From Candidatus Zixiibacteriota bacterium (GTDB taxonomy: Bacteria > Zixibacteria > MSB-5A5 > GN15 > JAAZOE01), in contig JBDREQ010000025.1 in the NCBI GenBank assembly GCA_043819555.1, positions 32,001 to 96,000 on the forward strand: a stretch of 64,000 nucleotides of DNA, read 5' to 3'. The first letter of the stretch is position 1, and the number at the start of each line of letters is the position of its first letter. The position numbers and the translations under genes are program-made. This document shows positions 1-9,533 of this stretch, in pieces. The notes under the pieces were generated by a model. The model did not search any database. It was not told the DNA's origin and saw only the letters and a program-made list of their open reading frames with translations.

Positions 1-74
1 TTGATAAAACAGCGCGTCAGGTTCTTTTTGATAAAACGGAAAAGGCGATTTTGAAATTGGAGGACGAGTTGTGA
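1..74 (+). CDS. 3' end of upstream gene, possibly BatD-like (partial)
   Basis: Open frame from base 3 (DKTARQVLFDKTEKAILKLEDEL*) ends in a GTGA overlap with the next start. The BatD guess rests only on the neighbouring BatE-like gene. Confidence 0.45.
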   Translation, partial: DKTARQVLFDKTEKAILKLEDEL

Positions 75-829
75 ATTATCTAAAGCGCGTTTTCCTATCT
101 ATGTTCGTGGTGTTCATCTATTCAGCTCCTGTTTTTGCCAGCACTTTGGAATATAATTTCGAGCAGGGGAATAATTTTTATACCGAGGGCAAGTATCGCG
201 ACGCGATTGGCGAATATGAAAAAGTAATTCAAGGCGGTTATCAATCAGCGGAGCTTTATTATAATTTGGGCAACGCCTATTTCCGCGAAGGGATGTTGGG
301 CCAGTCTATAAAAAATTATATTCGGGCCAAACGATTGAATCCGCGCGATGAGGATATCCGAACCAATCTGGAATTTGCCCGCCAGTTTACCATCGATAAG
401 ATTGAGATTTCTCAGGAAACGATCTTTTTTCAATACATAAATCGATTTTTCGATTCATTCAGCCTTACCGAGATATCATGGATTGCTTTAATTCTGTATT
501 TTTTGGTAATTGCGATTATTCTGGTTCGTTATATATATCGCTGGTGGTATGTGTCATCTCCTGTATTTGTTGTTCTGCTGGTCTTGTTTATAATTTCAAC
601 GGCATTTGCCGGTATCAAATTCGACCAAGATGTATTGACGCGAGGCGGAGTAGTTATATCTCACCAGACCGATATAAAAAACGGTCCCGGTGAAGATTAC
701 AATACTCAATTTACAGCTCATTCCGGATTGACTTTTAAGATAGACCGGGAAGAGTTGGGGTATTATCTGGTTAATTTTGAAAATCGGTTAAAAGGCTGGA
801 TAAAGATTCAGGCAGTCGCCGAAATATAG
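71..829 (+). CDS. BatE-like TPR / SH3b membrane protein
   Basis: Signal peptide, TPR (AELYYNLGNAY...A..LNPRDEDI..NL), two TM helices and a C-terminal SH3-like domain (GPG..Y...GWI). Confidence 0.75.
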   Translation: MNYLKRVFLSMFVVFIYSAPVFASTLEYNFEQGNNFYTEGKYRDAIGEYEKVIQGGYQSAELYYNLGNAYFREGMLGQSIKNYIRAKRLNPRDEDIRTNLEFARQFTIDKIEISQETIFFQYINRFFDSFSLTEISWIALILYFLVIAIILVRYIYRWWYVSSPVFVVLLVLFIISTAFAGIKFDQDVLTRGGVVISHQTDIKNGPGEDYNTQFTAHSGLTFKIDREELGYYLVNFENRLKGWIKIQAVAEI

Positions 830-928
830 CAATTAATAGTATTATCCAATTTTGTTTGACACCCAATTTGTTTTTATCTACCTTTCATGTCATTTTTAAT
901 TCCGGCGGGGACCGGTAATTTTTGAATT

Positions 929-1981
929 ATGGCGAAATTTCTGAAGAAAAAGCAGTTTTGGGGCGGGATTGTGGCCGCTGGGATCATGGCTTTCCTGTTT
1001 TATGATCTCGATATACCGCACACAATTGAAGTCGCCAGGCATTTGCGCCTGATTTACACGATTCCTATTCTAATATGCACGACCGGACTGATATTTTTTA
1101 AGACTTTACGATGGATGACGATAGTCAGTAAAATCAAAAAAGTACTATTTTGGCCGACGCTGGCATTGTATTCTACCGCGCAGGTTATCGCTGTTTTGCT
1201 TCCGGCCCTGACGGGGCAGGCCGGACGGGTTCTCCTGTTTTCCCGCAAGGGTGATTTTACGAAAACCTATGCTTTTTCGACAATCTTTCTGGAAATTGTC
1301 CTTGACGGTGCCGGTTTGATAATATTAATGATGATAAGTTCCAGCGTCTTTGTATTTCCCGAGGAATATCGATTCGTCAGCTATATTATCGGCGGCGCGA
1401 CAGTTCTTGTTTTGATTTTGTTTTATTGCAGTTTGCATTTTCAATCCCGCATGGAGGGATTTGGATATCGCCGCATCAGGCCCCGATCCCCCAAAGTTTA
1501 TCTAGTTGTCAGGAAATTTATCAGGTCCTTCAACGATGGAATATCGGTCATTAAATCAACCGACAAATTATTCGTGATTTCTCTTAATACTTTTCTGTCC
1601 TGGGCCTGTCATGTCGGAGCGGTTTTTTATTTGTTTCACATGTTTAATTTTGATCTTCCTATATGGGCCGCGGTAGTCGTTATTATTGTCAATTACCTGG
1701 CTCTGATGATACCGATTACCCCCGGGAACATCGGGTCCTTTCAACTGGCGGTCGTGGCCAGCCTTAATATATTCTCGGTTCCCAAAACCGAAGCGGTTTT
1801 GTTTTCAATTCTCTTATATATTGCGGATATGCTGCCTTTGATTATTTTGGCGGGGTTTTTTATTTTTAAGGAGAATTTTTCGATATCAGAAATAAGCGAA
1901 GACGAAGAGTTGATTGCTGAAGTTGAAAATATTGTAGGCGAAAGCGATATAAAGATATCGGATGAGGTGGAAGAAACGTGA
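929..1981 (+). CDS. Lysylphosphatidylglycerol synthase TM-region / flippase-like (UPF0104) membrane protein
   Basis: Multi-TM protein with RW, LP...G...R and IPITPGNIGSFQ motifs. Confidence 0.8.
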   Translation: MAKFLKKKQFWGGIVAAGIMAFLFYDLDIPHTIEVARHLRLIYTIPILICTTGLIFFKTLRWMTIVSKIKKVLFWPTLALYSTAQVIAVLLPALTGQAGRVLLFSRKGDFTKTYAFSTIFLEIVLDGAGLIILMMISSSVFVFPEEYRFVSYIIGGATVLVLILFYCSLHFQSRMEGFGYRRIRPRSPKVYLVVRKFIRSFNDGISVIKSTDKLFVISLNTFLSWACHVGAVFYLFHMFNFDLPIWAAVVVIIVNYLALMIPITPGNIGSFQLAVVASLNIFSVPKTEAVLFSILLYIADMLPLIILAGFFIFKENFSISEISEDEELIAEVENIVGESDIKISDEVEET

Positions 1982-2946
1982 TACGGTCATTTATTTGGAA
2001 TCCCGAAGAGGGAACGAGTTATCATGAAGGCATAATTGATTTTGATGCCATTCTAGCCCGACCCAATATAGTCATGTGGGTCGATATGACAGCGCCGTCG
2101 GACAAGGAATCGTTCGCACTGACTCATGATTTCAAATTCCACCCTCTGGCCATCGAAGACGTTATCTCTGAATTACCCCGCCCAAAGCTCGACGATTATG
2201 GCAATTATTTATTTTTGGTTTTTCAACTGGCCGATTACATGGGGCGGGATAAAGGATTAAAAATCAGCGAAGTCGATTTTTTCCTGACCAAAAATTGTCT
2301 GGTCACTATTCATTTTGATGATCATAAGGTTTTTGGGAATTTATATGCCCGTGCCCGTAAAGATGATCGATTATTTTTGCGCGGCGCGGACTTTCTCTTT
2401 CATGCCGTTCTTGATGGAATAGTTGATAATTATACGGCGGCGCTTGATTTGCTTGAATTCGAAGTGGACGCGATTGAAAGCGATGTTTTCGAAGAACCGG
2501 ATGAAGAAACGGTCAAAACGATTTTTAATTTGCGCCGGGATATTCAGGGGTTAAAAAGAATCGCCGGCCCTCAGCAGGAAGTCCTTTCGCTGATAACTCG
2601 CGAAGATTATATGCTCATTTCGGAAAAGTCATCGGTCTATCTAAGTGACATTCTCGACCACATGGCCCGTATCAATGAAATTGCGGATATGCACCGCGAT
2701 ACCTTAATTTCGGCCCTGGAAGTTTATTTTTCCGGCGTGTCAACGCGCACCAATGAAATTATAAAAGTCCTGACGATATTTACCGCGATTTTAATGCCGC
2801 CAACATTTTTGGTTGGTTTGTATGGCATGAATTTTAAGCTAATGCCGGAATTGAATTGGGAATATGGTTACCTCTTCTTCTGGATTCTGGTTGTCATAAT
2901 AACAATTTCGCTGCTGTTTTTCTTCAAGAAAAAGAAATGGATTTGA
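1978..2946 (+). CDS. corA: Magnesium/cobalt transporter CorA
   Basis: FHPLAIED, RPKLDDY and the YGMNF..MPEL.W signature with two C-terminal TMs. Confidence 0.95.
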   Translation: MIRSFIWNPEEGTSYHEGIIDFDAILARPNIVMWVDMTAPSDKESFALTHDFKFHPLAIEDVISELPRPKLDDYGNYLFLVFQLADYMGRDKGLKISEVDFFLTKNCLVTIHFDDHKVFGNLYARARKDDRLFLRGADFLFHAVLDGIVDNYTAALDLLEFEVDAIESDVFEEPDEETVKTIFNLRRDIQGLKRIAGPQQEVLSLITREDYMLISEKSSVYLSDILDHMARINEIADMHRDTLISALEVYFSGVSTRTNEIIKVLTIFTAILMPPTFLVGLYGMNFKLMPELNWEYGYLFFWILVVIITISLLFFFKKKKWI

Positions 2947-3047
2947 AACAAAATAGCGGCCGGGTTGTTTATCTTTTTATATCCTGTCAGAATTTGCATT
3001 TGTTGCATTTGTGGATTTTATCGTGATAGTTTACTTGCGGGGTATTA

Positions 3048-4670
3048 TTGAAGGATACAATAGTAAAATATTCTGATTTATCCGGTTATTCGAAAATCTT
3101 TTTGGATTTTAATTATAACCGAGAAAATCTCTCCGGAATTTTTGGCGCTTCCAAACCAGGTTGTTTAATCAAGCAAATAAATAATTCTTTTTATCCTAGA
3201 AAAGAATTAACCGATATGCTTTTGCGCCAAAATAAAGGCTGGAATGCCCCCGAAAAAGTTATAAATAATATCGGCAAATTGGGTGATGAGAAATCAGTCG
3301 TAGTCACGGCGGGCCAGCAGGCTTGTCTATTTGGCGGACCTTATCTGGTACTATTGAAAATGCTGACAGTATTGAAGAAGGCGAAATTGTTGCAAACTAA
3401 ATATAATATCCATGTGATTCCGTTATTCTGGATTGCATCTGACGATCATGATTTTACCGAGATATCTCAGGCTCATTTATTTGATACCGGGGGAGAGATA
3501 GCCCGATTAGCAATAGATTATGACAAAAATAGAAAATACCCTCCTGTGGGTTCACTCGCTTTTGATGATTCGGTTTCCCGTGAAATCAATCAACTAAAAA
3601 ATTATTTACCGGAAAACGATTTTAAGGAAACGGCCATAAGTTCGATTGAAAAATATTATTCACCGGGAATATCCATCATTGATGCCTTTGCCCGGTACTG
3701 GCTTGAACTGCTCGGTCATCAGGGTCTTGTGTTGTTTAATCCGTATGATGCCGAAGTCAAAGAGTTATGCGCCCCATTTATGGCAGGCGTCATCGATAAA
3801 CGTGCCGACTTGAAAAAAATATTAAGTGAATCTAACGAATACCTCATATCAAGAGGTTATCAATTGCAGGTTCAAAAGCCCGAATCATCGACCCATTTGT
3901 TTGCCCATCTTCCTGAACGCACAGCGATTCATCGCATAGGAAATAAATTTGAAGCTGGCAAAGTAAAATATTCTCCGGAACGTCTTTATGGGGAGATAAG
4001 GGCGAATCCTTTTAATTTCTCGCCAGATGTTTTCATGCGGCCTCTCATGCAATCGTATCTCTTTCCGGTTTTGGATATAATTGCGGGCCCATCAGAAATC
4101 GCTTATCTGGCGCAGATGATGCCTTTATTTAAATTATATGATTTACCTCAACCGGAAATTACTGCGCGTTTATCGGCGACACTGGTTGAGAAAAAATTTG
4201 AAAATATGATGACGTCTTTTGATCTTCAATATCAGGATATTGTGTTGGATTTTAAAAAACAATTGGAAGAGTACGTAAAAGAAGATTTTCCTGATTCAAT
4301 CAGCCGGCAAATTGATTCGATTAAAAAATCCAATAAAGAAATGCTTTTGGAATTAGGCGAAATATCAGATCGGTACAGTTTTGATTCGAAAAATATAATT
4401 GAAAAGTACCGGCGCAAGTTGGACTATCTGACAGGCGAACTTGGTAAAAAACTGAAAGGCGCACATGCCACGCAGTATGGCTTGCATAAAAATAAATTCG
4501 AGCGAATGCGAAAAGCTTTATGGCCTCATGAAAGCCCCCCGGAAAGGTCAATCGCTCTCTTGTATTTTATTTCGCGTTACGGCAAACATGTAATTGACTT
4601 CATAGACAAAAAACTTGATATTAATCCAGCGGGGCATCAGTTGATTTATTTATCGGAGCATCATGGATAA
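3048..4670 (+). CDS. bshC: Bacillithiol biosynthesis cysteine-adding enzyme BshC
   Basis: TAGQQ..LFGGP, FWIASDDHDF.E, SPDV..RP..Q, GPSE.AY and P.ER motifs; directly upstream of bshA. Confidence 0.9.
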   Translation: MKDTIVKYSDLSGYSKIFLDFNYNRENLSGIFGASKPGCLIKQINNSFYPRKELTDMLLRQNKGWNAPEKVINNIGKLGDEKSVVVTAGQQACLFGGPYLVLLKMLTVLKKAKLLQTKYNIHVIPLFWIASDDHDFTEISQAHLFDTGGEIARLAIDYDKNRKYPPVGSLAFDDSVSREINQLKNYLPENDFKETAISSIEKYYSPGISIIDAFARYWLELLGHQGLVLFNPYDAEVKELCAPFMAGVIDKRADLKKILSESNEYLISRGYQLQVQKPESSTHLFAHLPERTAIHRIGNKFEAGKVKYSPERLYGEIRANPFNFSPDVFMRPLMQSYLFPVLDIIAGPSEIAYLAQMMPLFKLYDLPQPEITARLSATLVEKKFENMMTSFDLQYQDIVLDFKKQLEEYVKEDFPDSISRQIDSIKKSNKEMLLELGEISDRYSFDSKNIIEKYRRKLDYLTGELGKKLKGAHATQYGLHKNKFERMRKALWPHESPPERSIALLYFISRYGKHVIDFIDKKLDINPAGHQLIYLSEHHG

Positions 4671-5799
4671 GTTAAAAATTGGCATAACCTGTTATCCGGT
4701 GGCGGGAGGTTCAGGAATCATCGCCACAGAATTAGGCATTAAACTTGCCGAACGAGGGCATCAGGTGCATTTTATCGCTTACGCCCTGCCTTTTCGACTG
4801 GACGTGTTCCAGCCGAATCTGTTTTTTCACGAAGTTGACACGATTTCTTATCAGCTCTTTAAATATCCGCCTTATACATTGACATTAGCGGCTAAAATGG
4901 CCGAAATATCAGAGGCGTACAAACTCGATTTGCTGCACGTTCATTATGCCATACCGCACGCGACCGCGGCGTTTTTGTCTAAGCAGCTGACAAATAATCA
5001 TTCTCCCAAAATTATCACAACTTTGCACGGCACCGATATTACTCTGGTTGGAGCGGATAAATCGTATTATGATATCACTCGATTTTCAATTCTTATGTCC
5101 GACGGTATCACGGCCGTATCAAAATACCTGGCCGCGGAGACGGAGCAGGAATTTAATATTGAAAAACCGATTGAAGTGATTCCGAATTTTGTTGATGTCA
5201 CTCGATTTAATCCCACCCTGACCGATTGCTGCCGGGCAGATTTTTCGATAAATCCAGAAGAACGTTTGATATGTCATATGTCGAATTTCCGGCCGGTCAA
5301 ACGTGTCATGGATGTCATCGAAATATTCCGCCAAATCCGAGAAACTCTGCCGGCTAAACTTCTTTTAATCGGAGAAGGCCCCGATACAATGCTGGCGCGG
5401 CGAACTGTTAAGAAATATAAATTAGATGAAAGCGTGATTTTTCTTGGTAATCAGGCAAAGGTCGAAGAATTATTACCATGCGCTGATTTGTGTCTTTGTC
5501 CGTCGGAGGAAGAATCGTTTGGGCTGGCGGCATTGGAAGCTCTTGCCTGCGGCGTACCGGTTATAGGCTCGAGCGGAACCGGGCTGGTCGAAGTTGTTGA
5601 TCATGGCGTCAATGGATTTTTATTCCCCGTAGCCGACACGCGCTCGATGGCGGGCGCGGCGATATCTTTATTGACCGGGAAATATGATATATTGGAGTTC
5701 AGGAAAAACGCCGCTGAAAAATCGCACGAAAGATTCAATGCGGAATTAGTGGTTGATCATTATGAAAAATATTATCATACCATATTGGAGAACGATTAA
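4663..5799 (+). CDS. bshA: N-acetyl-alpha-D-glucosaminyl L-malate synthase BshA
   Basis: IGITCYP..GGSG..ATELG, LLHVHYAIPHA, TTLHGTDIT, SNFRPVKR and ESFGLAALEA motifs. Confidence 0.95.
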   Translation: MDKLKIGITCYPVAGGSGIIATELGIKLAERGHQVHFIAYALPFRLDVFQPNLFFHEVDTISYQLFKYPPYTLTLAAKMAEISEAYKLDLLHVHYAIPHATAAFLSKQLTNNHSPKIITTLHGTDITLVGADKSYYDITRFSILMSDGITAVSKYLAAETEQEFNIEKPIEVIPNFVDVTRFNPTLTDCCRADFSINPEERLICHMSNFRPVKRVMDVIEIFRQIRETLPAKLLLIGEGPDTMLARRTVKKYKLDESVIFLGNQAKVEELLPCADLCLCPSEEESFGLAALEALACGVPVIGSSGTGLVEVVDHGVNGFLFPVADTRSMAGAAISLLTGKYDILEFRKNAAEKSHERFNAELVVDHYEKYYHTILEND

Positions 5800-6512
5800 T
5801 GGAGCTTGATGTATTGGCAATCGGCGCCCATCCGGATGATATCGAAATTACCTGTGGTGGAACGATGATAAAATTGGCCGATGCCGGAAAAACGACCGGC
5901 GTGCTCGATCTTACCGAGGGGGAAATGGGAACGCTGGGGACGCCCGCTGAACGGATGGAAGATGCCGCGCGAGCGTCCAAAGTATTGGGTCTGGCCGTGC
6001 GGGAAAATCTACATTTGCCCGATGCCGCATTAGAACCAAGCCGCGATAATCGGCTTCGCATCGCTTCCATAATAAGAAGTTACAGACCTCACACGGTTAT
6101 CCTTCCGTTTCGCCGCAAACAGCGGCATCCCGACCATCGCATCGCTTCGATTCTGGGTTATGATGCCTGTTTTTTGGCAGGATTAAAAAAAACCGAAATT
6201 GACGGGGATCCGTTCCGGCCTTTTAAGATAATATATGCTTCGTCGTTTTTGGCTGTCGCTCATACTTTTTTTACGGATATTTCGGATCAGTTCGAAAAAA
6301 AGTGCAAGTCGGTTCAGGCTTTTCGCTCGCAATTTGATGGTTCGGCGCAGTCGCGGCAGATTTATAAACCGGGTAATGATATATTTGAGATGATGCGCGT
6401 TTATGCCCGGAAATATGGCATTGAAGTCGGCTGTCAATATGCTGAGGCATTCGTGATGATTGAGCCGATGCTGATTGATGATCTCATGGCGATTCCGGTT
6501 CAGTCCATCTAA
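5799..6512 (+). CDS. bshB1: Bacillithiol biosynthesis deacetylase BshB1 (PIG-L family)
   Basis: AHPDDIE, DLT.GE.GT.GT and RHPDH motifs; TAATG-coupled to bshA. Confidence 0.9.
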   Translation: MELDVLAIGAHPDDIEITCGGTMIKLADAGKTTGVLDLTEGEMGTLGTPAERMEDAARASKVLGLAVRENLHLPDAALEPSRDNRLRIASIIRSYRPHTVILPFRRKQRHPDHRIASILGYDACFLAGLKKTEIDGDPFRPFKIIYASSFLAVAHTFFTDISDQFEKKCKSVQAFRSQFDGSAQSRQIYKPGNDIFEMMRVYARKYGIEVGCQYAEAFVMIEPMLIDDLMAIPVQSI

Positions 6513-6574
6513 TCAAATTTAATCTCCACTCAGAGCCTCTTGCGTTTTTTGTCCGCATTCGTTATAAATCAAAT

Positions 6575-6667
6575 GGAAGTGGATAGGGTCTGGTGGCCCT
6601 TGCGGTCTTCAAAACCGTGGGCCGGCGGTTATGCCGTCGGCGGTGGGTTCGATTCCCACCCCTTCCG
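6575..6667 (+). tRNA. selC: tRNA-Sec (anticodon UCA)
   Basis: 6-bp D stem AGGGTC/GGCCCT with 4-nt loop, anticodon loop CTTCAAA, long variable arm GCCGGCGGT/GCCGTCGGC, T arm GTGGG-TTCGATT-CCCAC and G discriminator. CCA is not encoded. Confidence 0.93.
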
Positions 6668-6740
6668 TTTTTATACTCAAGTTACCCACATTATTTTTGC
6701 GATAAATCCTCGTAAGTGCATGAGATTTAATTTGTTAATG

Positions 6741-6945
6741 TCGCAGGGGCGGGATTTCTGCCGAAGGTTTCGAGCGAGGCGAGATAGATCCCGCCAATCC
6801 TCTATGCACAATTGGCAAGAGCCTAGCAGGCTCTTTCCCTACGATTCAAAAAAATAGTCTGTAGGGCAGTATCCCTTCGATGCTGCCATTCTCTTTAATT
6901 ATCCCGCTACGCGGGATTGTCAGGAGCGCAGGGCTCCTGACCTAC
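6741..6945. repeat. Cluster of REP-like palindromic doublets (GTAG-type ends)
   Basis: CGCAGGGGCGGGAT..ATCCCGCC...AAGAGCCT-AGC-AGGCTCTT..CCCTACGA and GTAGGGCAG..CTGCC...GTCAGGAGC..GCTCCTGAC-CTAC, plus the hairpin ATCCCGC-TAC-GCGGGAT. Confidence 0.6.
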
Positions 6946-7040
6946 TGTTTAACTAATAGTAGTAGAAATTAATTAAGTTGTCAGGTCACGATTTTGTTTT
7001 CACAAAACCAGGACCATAAAGAACGGGGAAATATTTTTAT

Positions 7041-7290
7041 TTGTCATCCCAGCGAAAGTTGGGAAGCCATGCGGCGTTTGCATCATGATAAAAAATCAGG
7101 AATTCTTCATACACTGTATGGCTGCCAGCTTCCGCTAGAATAACACAGGCAGGGGCTGTTAGTGGCAGGCATGACACGATAACTCATAAGTTGTCGCTAT
7201 ACTTTTATACAAGACTTTTAGGGATTTAGCTATACATGAATTAAAAACACCCCGTCCCGTTATTCCGGGACACCCCTCTCAAGACAGGCA
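7041..7290. repeat. Degenerate GTCAT..-type and CCCCTCTC-type extragenic palindromic elements
   Basis: TTGTCATCCCAGC-GAAA-GTTGGGA. Bases 7103-7131 resemble 34435-34463, and 7273-7288 resembles the reverse complement of 34526-34541. Confidence 0.55.
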
Positions 7291-7390
7291 AAAGCATGGT
7301 TGGGGACAAATAATCTAATTGACAATTGGCTCTGCAAAGCTCTAATATGTTTCATTGGATTTTTATACAAAATTGGAATAGATAATATTA

Positions 7391-8731
7391 ATGGAACTTA
7401 TTGGAGCCCAACCGGGACGGAAAGTTATAATTTATTTTGCGGCGACGATAATCATCGGGACGATACTTCTATATCTGCCGGTCAGTTCGGCCGGTGATTC
7501 GATAAGTTTAATCGACGCCTTTTTTACTTCGACATCAGCGGTATGCGTCACCGGATTGACGGTTCTTGATACCGGTTCTGATTTTTCATTCTTCGGACAG
7601 GTCGTGATTCTAATCCTGATACAGCTTGGTGGGCTGGGAATAATGACGTTCGCGACGTCGCTTTTGATGATGATGGGAGCGCGGGTGTCGTTTTATGATC
7701 GGATAGGGATATTCGAGGATTTCGGCAACTGGACTCGAACGGGAACGATTTTGGCGGCGATAATATTAACAACGATTGCAATTGAGGGATTGGGTGCGGC
7801 GGCTTTGTATACTCAGTTCAGCCAGGAGTTTCCTTCGGATCAAGCGATATTTTATTCGGTTTTTCATTCCATTTCGGCCTTCTGCAATGCTGGATTTTCA
7901 ACGTTTCCAAATAGTCTCGAATCGTATCATGGGAATTTGTATATCATCGGAGTGTTTTCGTTTCTTATAATCATCGGCGGGCTGGGTTTCATCGTGATTG
8001 GAGAAATGTTTTCGCGGTTATTCAGGTTTCGCAATATGTTATCGTTACATGCCAAATTATGTTTAAGCGTAACGGGAATATTGCTTTTCGGCGGGACGGT
8101 TTTATTTTTCGCGATTGAATATAATAACTGCTTTGGATATATGTCTTTTATTGACAGCCTGGCTAACGCTTTTTTTCAATCGGTAACGTGCCGGACGGCC
8201 GGATTTAATACCATCCCTCAGGCAAATTTGACAGAAGTAGCATTGCTTATTACGCTGATTTTGATGTTTATCGGGGCCTGCCCGGGTTCGACCGGGGGAG
8301 GTATTAAGACGACTACAGCGGCCGTGATATTACTTTTAGTGTACAATAGATTCAGAGGGCATAAATCGATTCCGGTATTTAAACGGTCGATTGACAATGA
8401 TTCAATTAGGCGAGCATTGACGGTTATTCTACTGGCGAGTTTGATAATAATTGTCATGTTTGCGCTTTTAATGCTGGCGGAGCAGAAACCGCAATCGCAT
8501 CAACTTAGTCAGGGTTGGTTTGTCGATAATTTGTTTGAGGTCGTGTCGGCATTCGGTACGGTCGGGTTATCTTTGGGGATCTCAGGACATTCGACTATAA
8601 CCGGGAAATTGATACTTATTGTTTTGATGTTTATTGGTCGAGTGGGTCTTTTAACACTGGCGTTTTCTTTGGCTCGTCCGGTACAGGCGGGCGAGATAGT
8701 TTATGCCGGCGAATCGGTAATGATAGGGTAA
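7391..8731 (+). CDS. ktrB: Trk/Ktr potassium uptake membrane subunit (KtrB/TrkH family)
   Basis: Four filter motifs (SAVCVTGL, SAFCNAGF, TCRTAGFN, SAFGTVGLS) and GSTGGGIK. Confidence 0.9.
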   Translation: MELIGAQPGRKVIIYFAATIIIGTILLYLPVSSAGDSISLIDAFFTSTSAVCVTGLTVLDTGSDFSFFGQVVILILIQLGGLGIMTFATSLLMMMGARVSFYDRIGIFEDFGNWTRTGTILAAIILTTIAIEGLGAAALYTQFSQEFPSDQAIFYSVFHSISAFCNAGFSTFPNSLESYHGNLYIIGVFSFLIIIGGLGFIVIGEMFSRLFRFRNMLSLHAKLCLSVTGILLFGGTVLFFAIEYNNCFGYMSFIDSLANAFFQSVTCRTAGFNTIPQANLTEVALLITLILMFIGACPGSTGGGIKTTTAAVILLLVYNRFRGHKSIPVFKRSIDNDSIRRALTVILLASLIIIVMFALLMLAEQKPQSHQLSQGWFVDNLFEVVSAFGTVGLSLGISGHSTITGKLILIVLMFIGRVGLLTLAFSLARPVQAGEIVYAGESVMIG

Positions 8732-8736
8732 GAAAT

Positions 8737-9384
8737 ATGAAAGAATTTGCGGTAATAGGATTGGGGAATTTTGGGGCAACGGTGGCGCGGGAATTAAAAG
8801 GATTAAATTGTCAGGTAACCGCGATAGATTCTGATGAAACGGCGGTGCAGTCGATTCAGGATGATATGGTGGCGATTGTCGCCGACGCCACTCAGCGGGC
8901 CTTTCTGGAGAAAATCGAAGTTGAAAAATTCGATTGTTTTGTTGTTTCTACCGGACAGGATTCGCATGCCTCGATACTTATCACGCTGCATTTGAAGGAG
9001 CTTAAAGCCAAACGGATAATCGTCAAGGCCAATTCTGACGACCATGCCCGAATACTGACCAAGGTGGGAGCATCGGAAGCGATTATTCCTGAAAAACAGA
9101 TGGCGTTTCGATTGGCCAATTCTATGGCGCAGTCTAATCTTCTTGATTTCCTGCCGTTGACAGGCGATTATTTTGTTGTTGAACTGCAGCCGCCCAGGAA
9201 TTTCATAGGTAAAACTCTTCATAATCTGGATGTTCGGGCCAAGTTTAACGTGCAGATTATCGCCGTCCGCGATCTGGAGGCGGGGACGTTTGATCATATT
9301 CCAGGGGGTGATTATATGATTACTGAAAATGATTTATTGCTTGTAATCGGCACCAATGAAGATATCGAGAAGATGAAGGACTGA
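8737..9384 (+). CDS. ktrA: Trk/Ktr regulatory RCK subunit (KtrA/TrkA family)
   Basis: AVIGLGNFG Rossmann motif and TrkA-C domain; follows ktrB. Confidence 0.9.
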   Translation: MKEFAVIGLGNFGATVARELKGLNCQVTAIDSDETAVQSIQDDMVAIVADATQRAFLEKIEVEKFDCFVVSTGQDSHASILITLHLKELKAKRIIVKANSDDHARILTKVGASEAIIPEKQMAFRLANSMAQSNLLDFLPLTGDYFVVELQPPRNFIGKTLHNLDVRAKFNVQIIAVRDLEAGTFDHIPGGDYMITENDLLLVIGTNEDIEKMKD

Positions 9385-9533
9385 TTGTTGGCGTTTTTTT
9401 TTACTTACTTCATAGATATGAATGGCAAATTAATTGCTGATGGATAGAGTTTGTTTTAATTTCAATCATCAAAGTATCATATTCTACGTATAATTCAGTG
9501 AATAAAAGATGAGAAAGTGAAGTTTTTGGATTC

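Noticed and set aside
6540..6857. 105-aa ORF in the track
   Set aside because: It overlaps tRNA-Sec and palindromic repeats and has no protein-like features.
6668..7390. c-di-AMP (ydaO) riboswitch upstream of ktrB, or a CRISPR array
   Set aside because: No ydaO consensus was recognised, and the repeats are heterogeneous palindromes rather than identical repeats with regular spacers. No cas genes are present.
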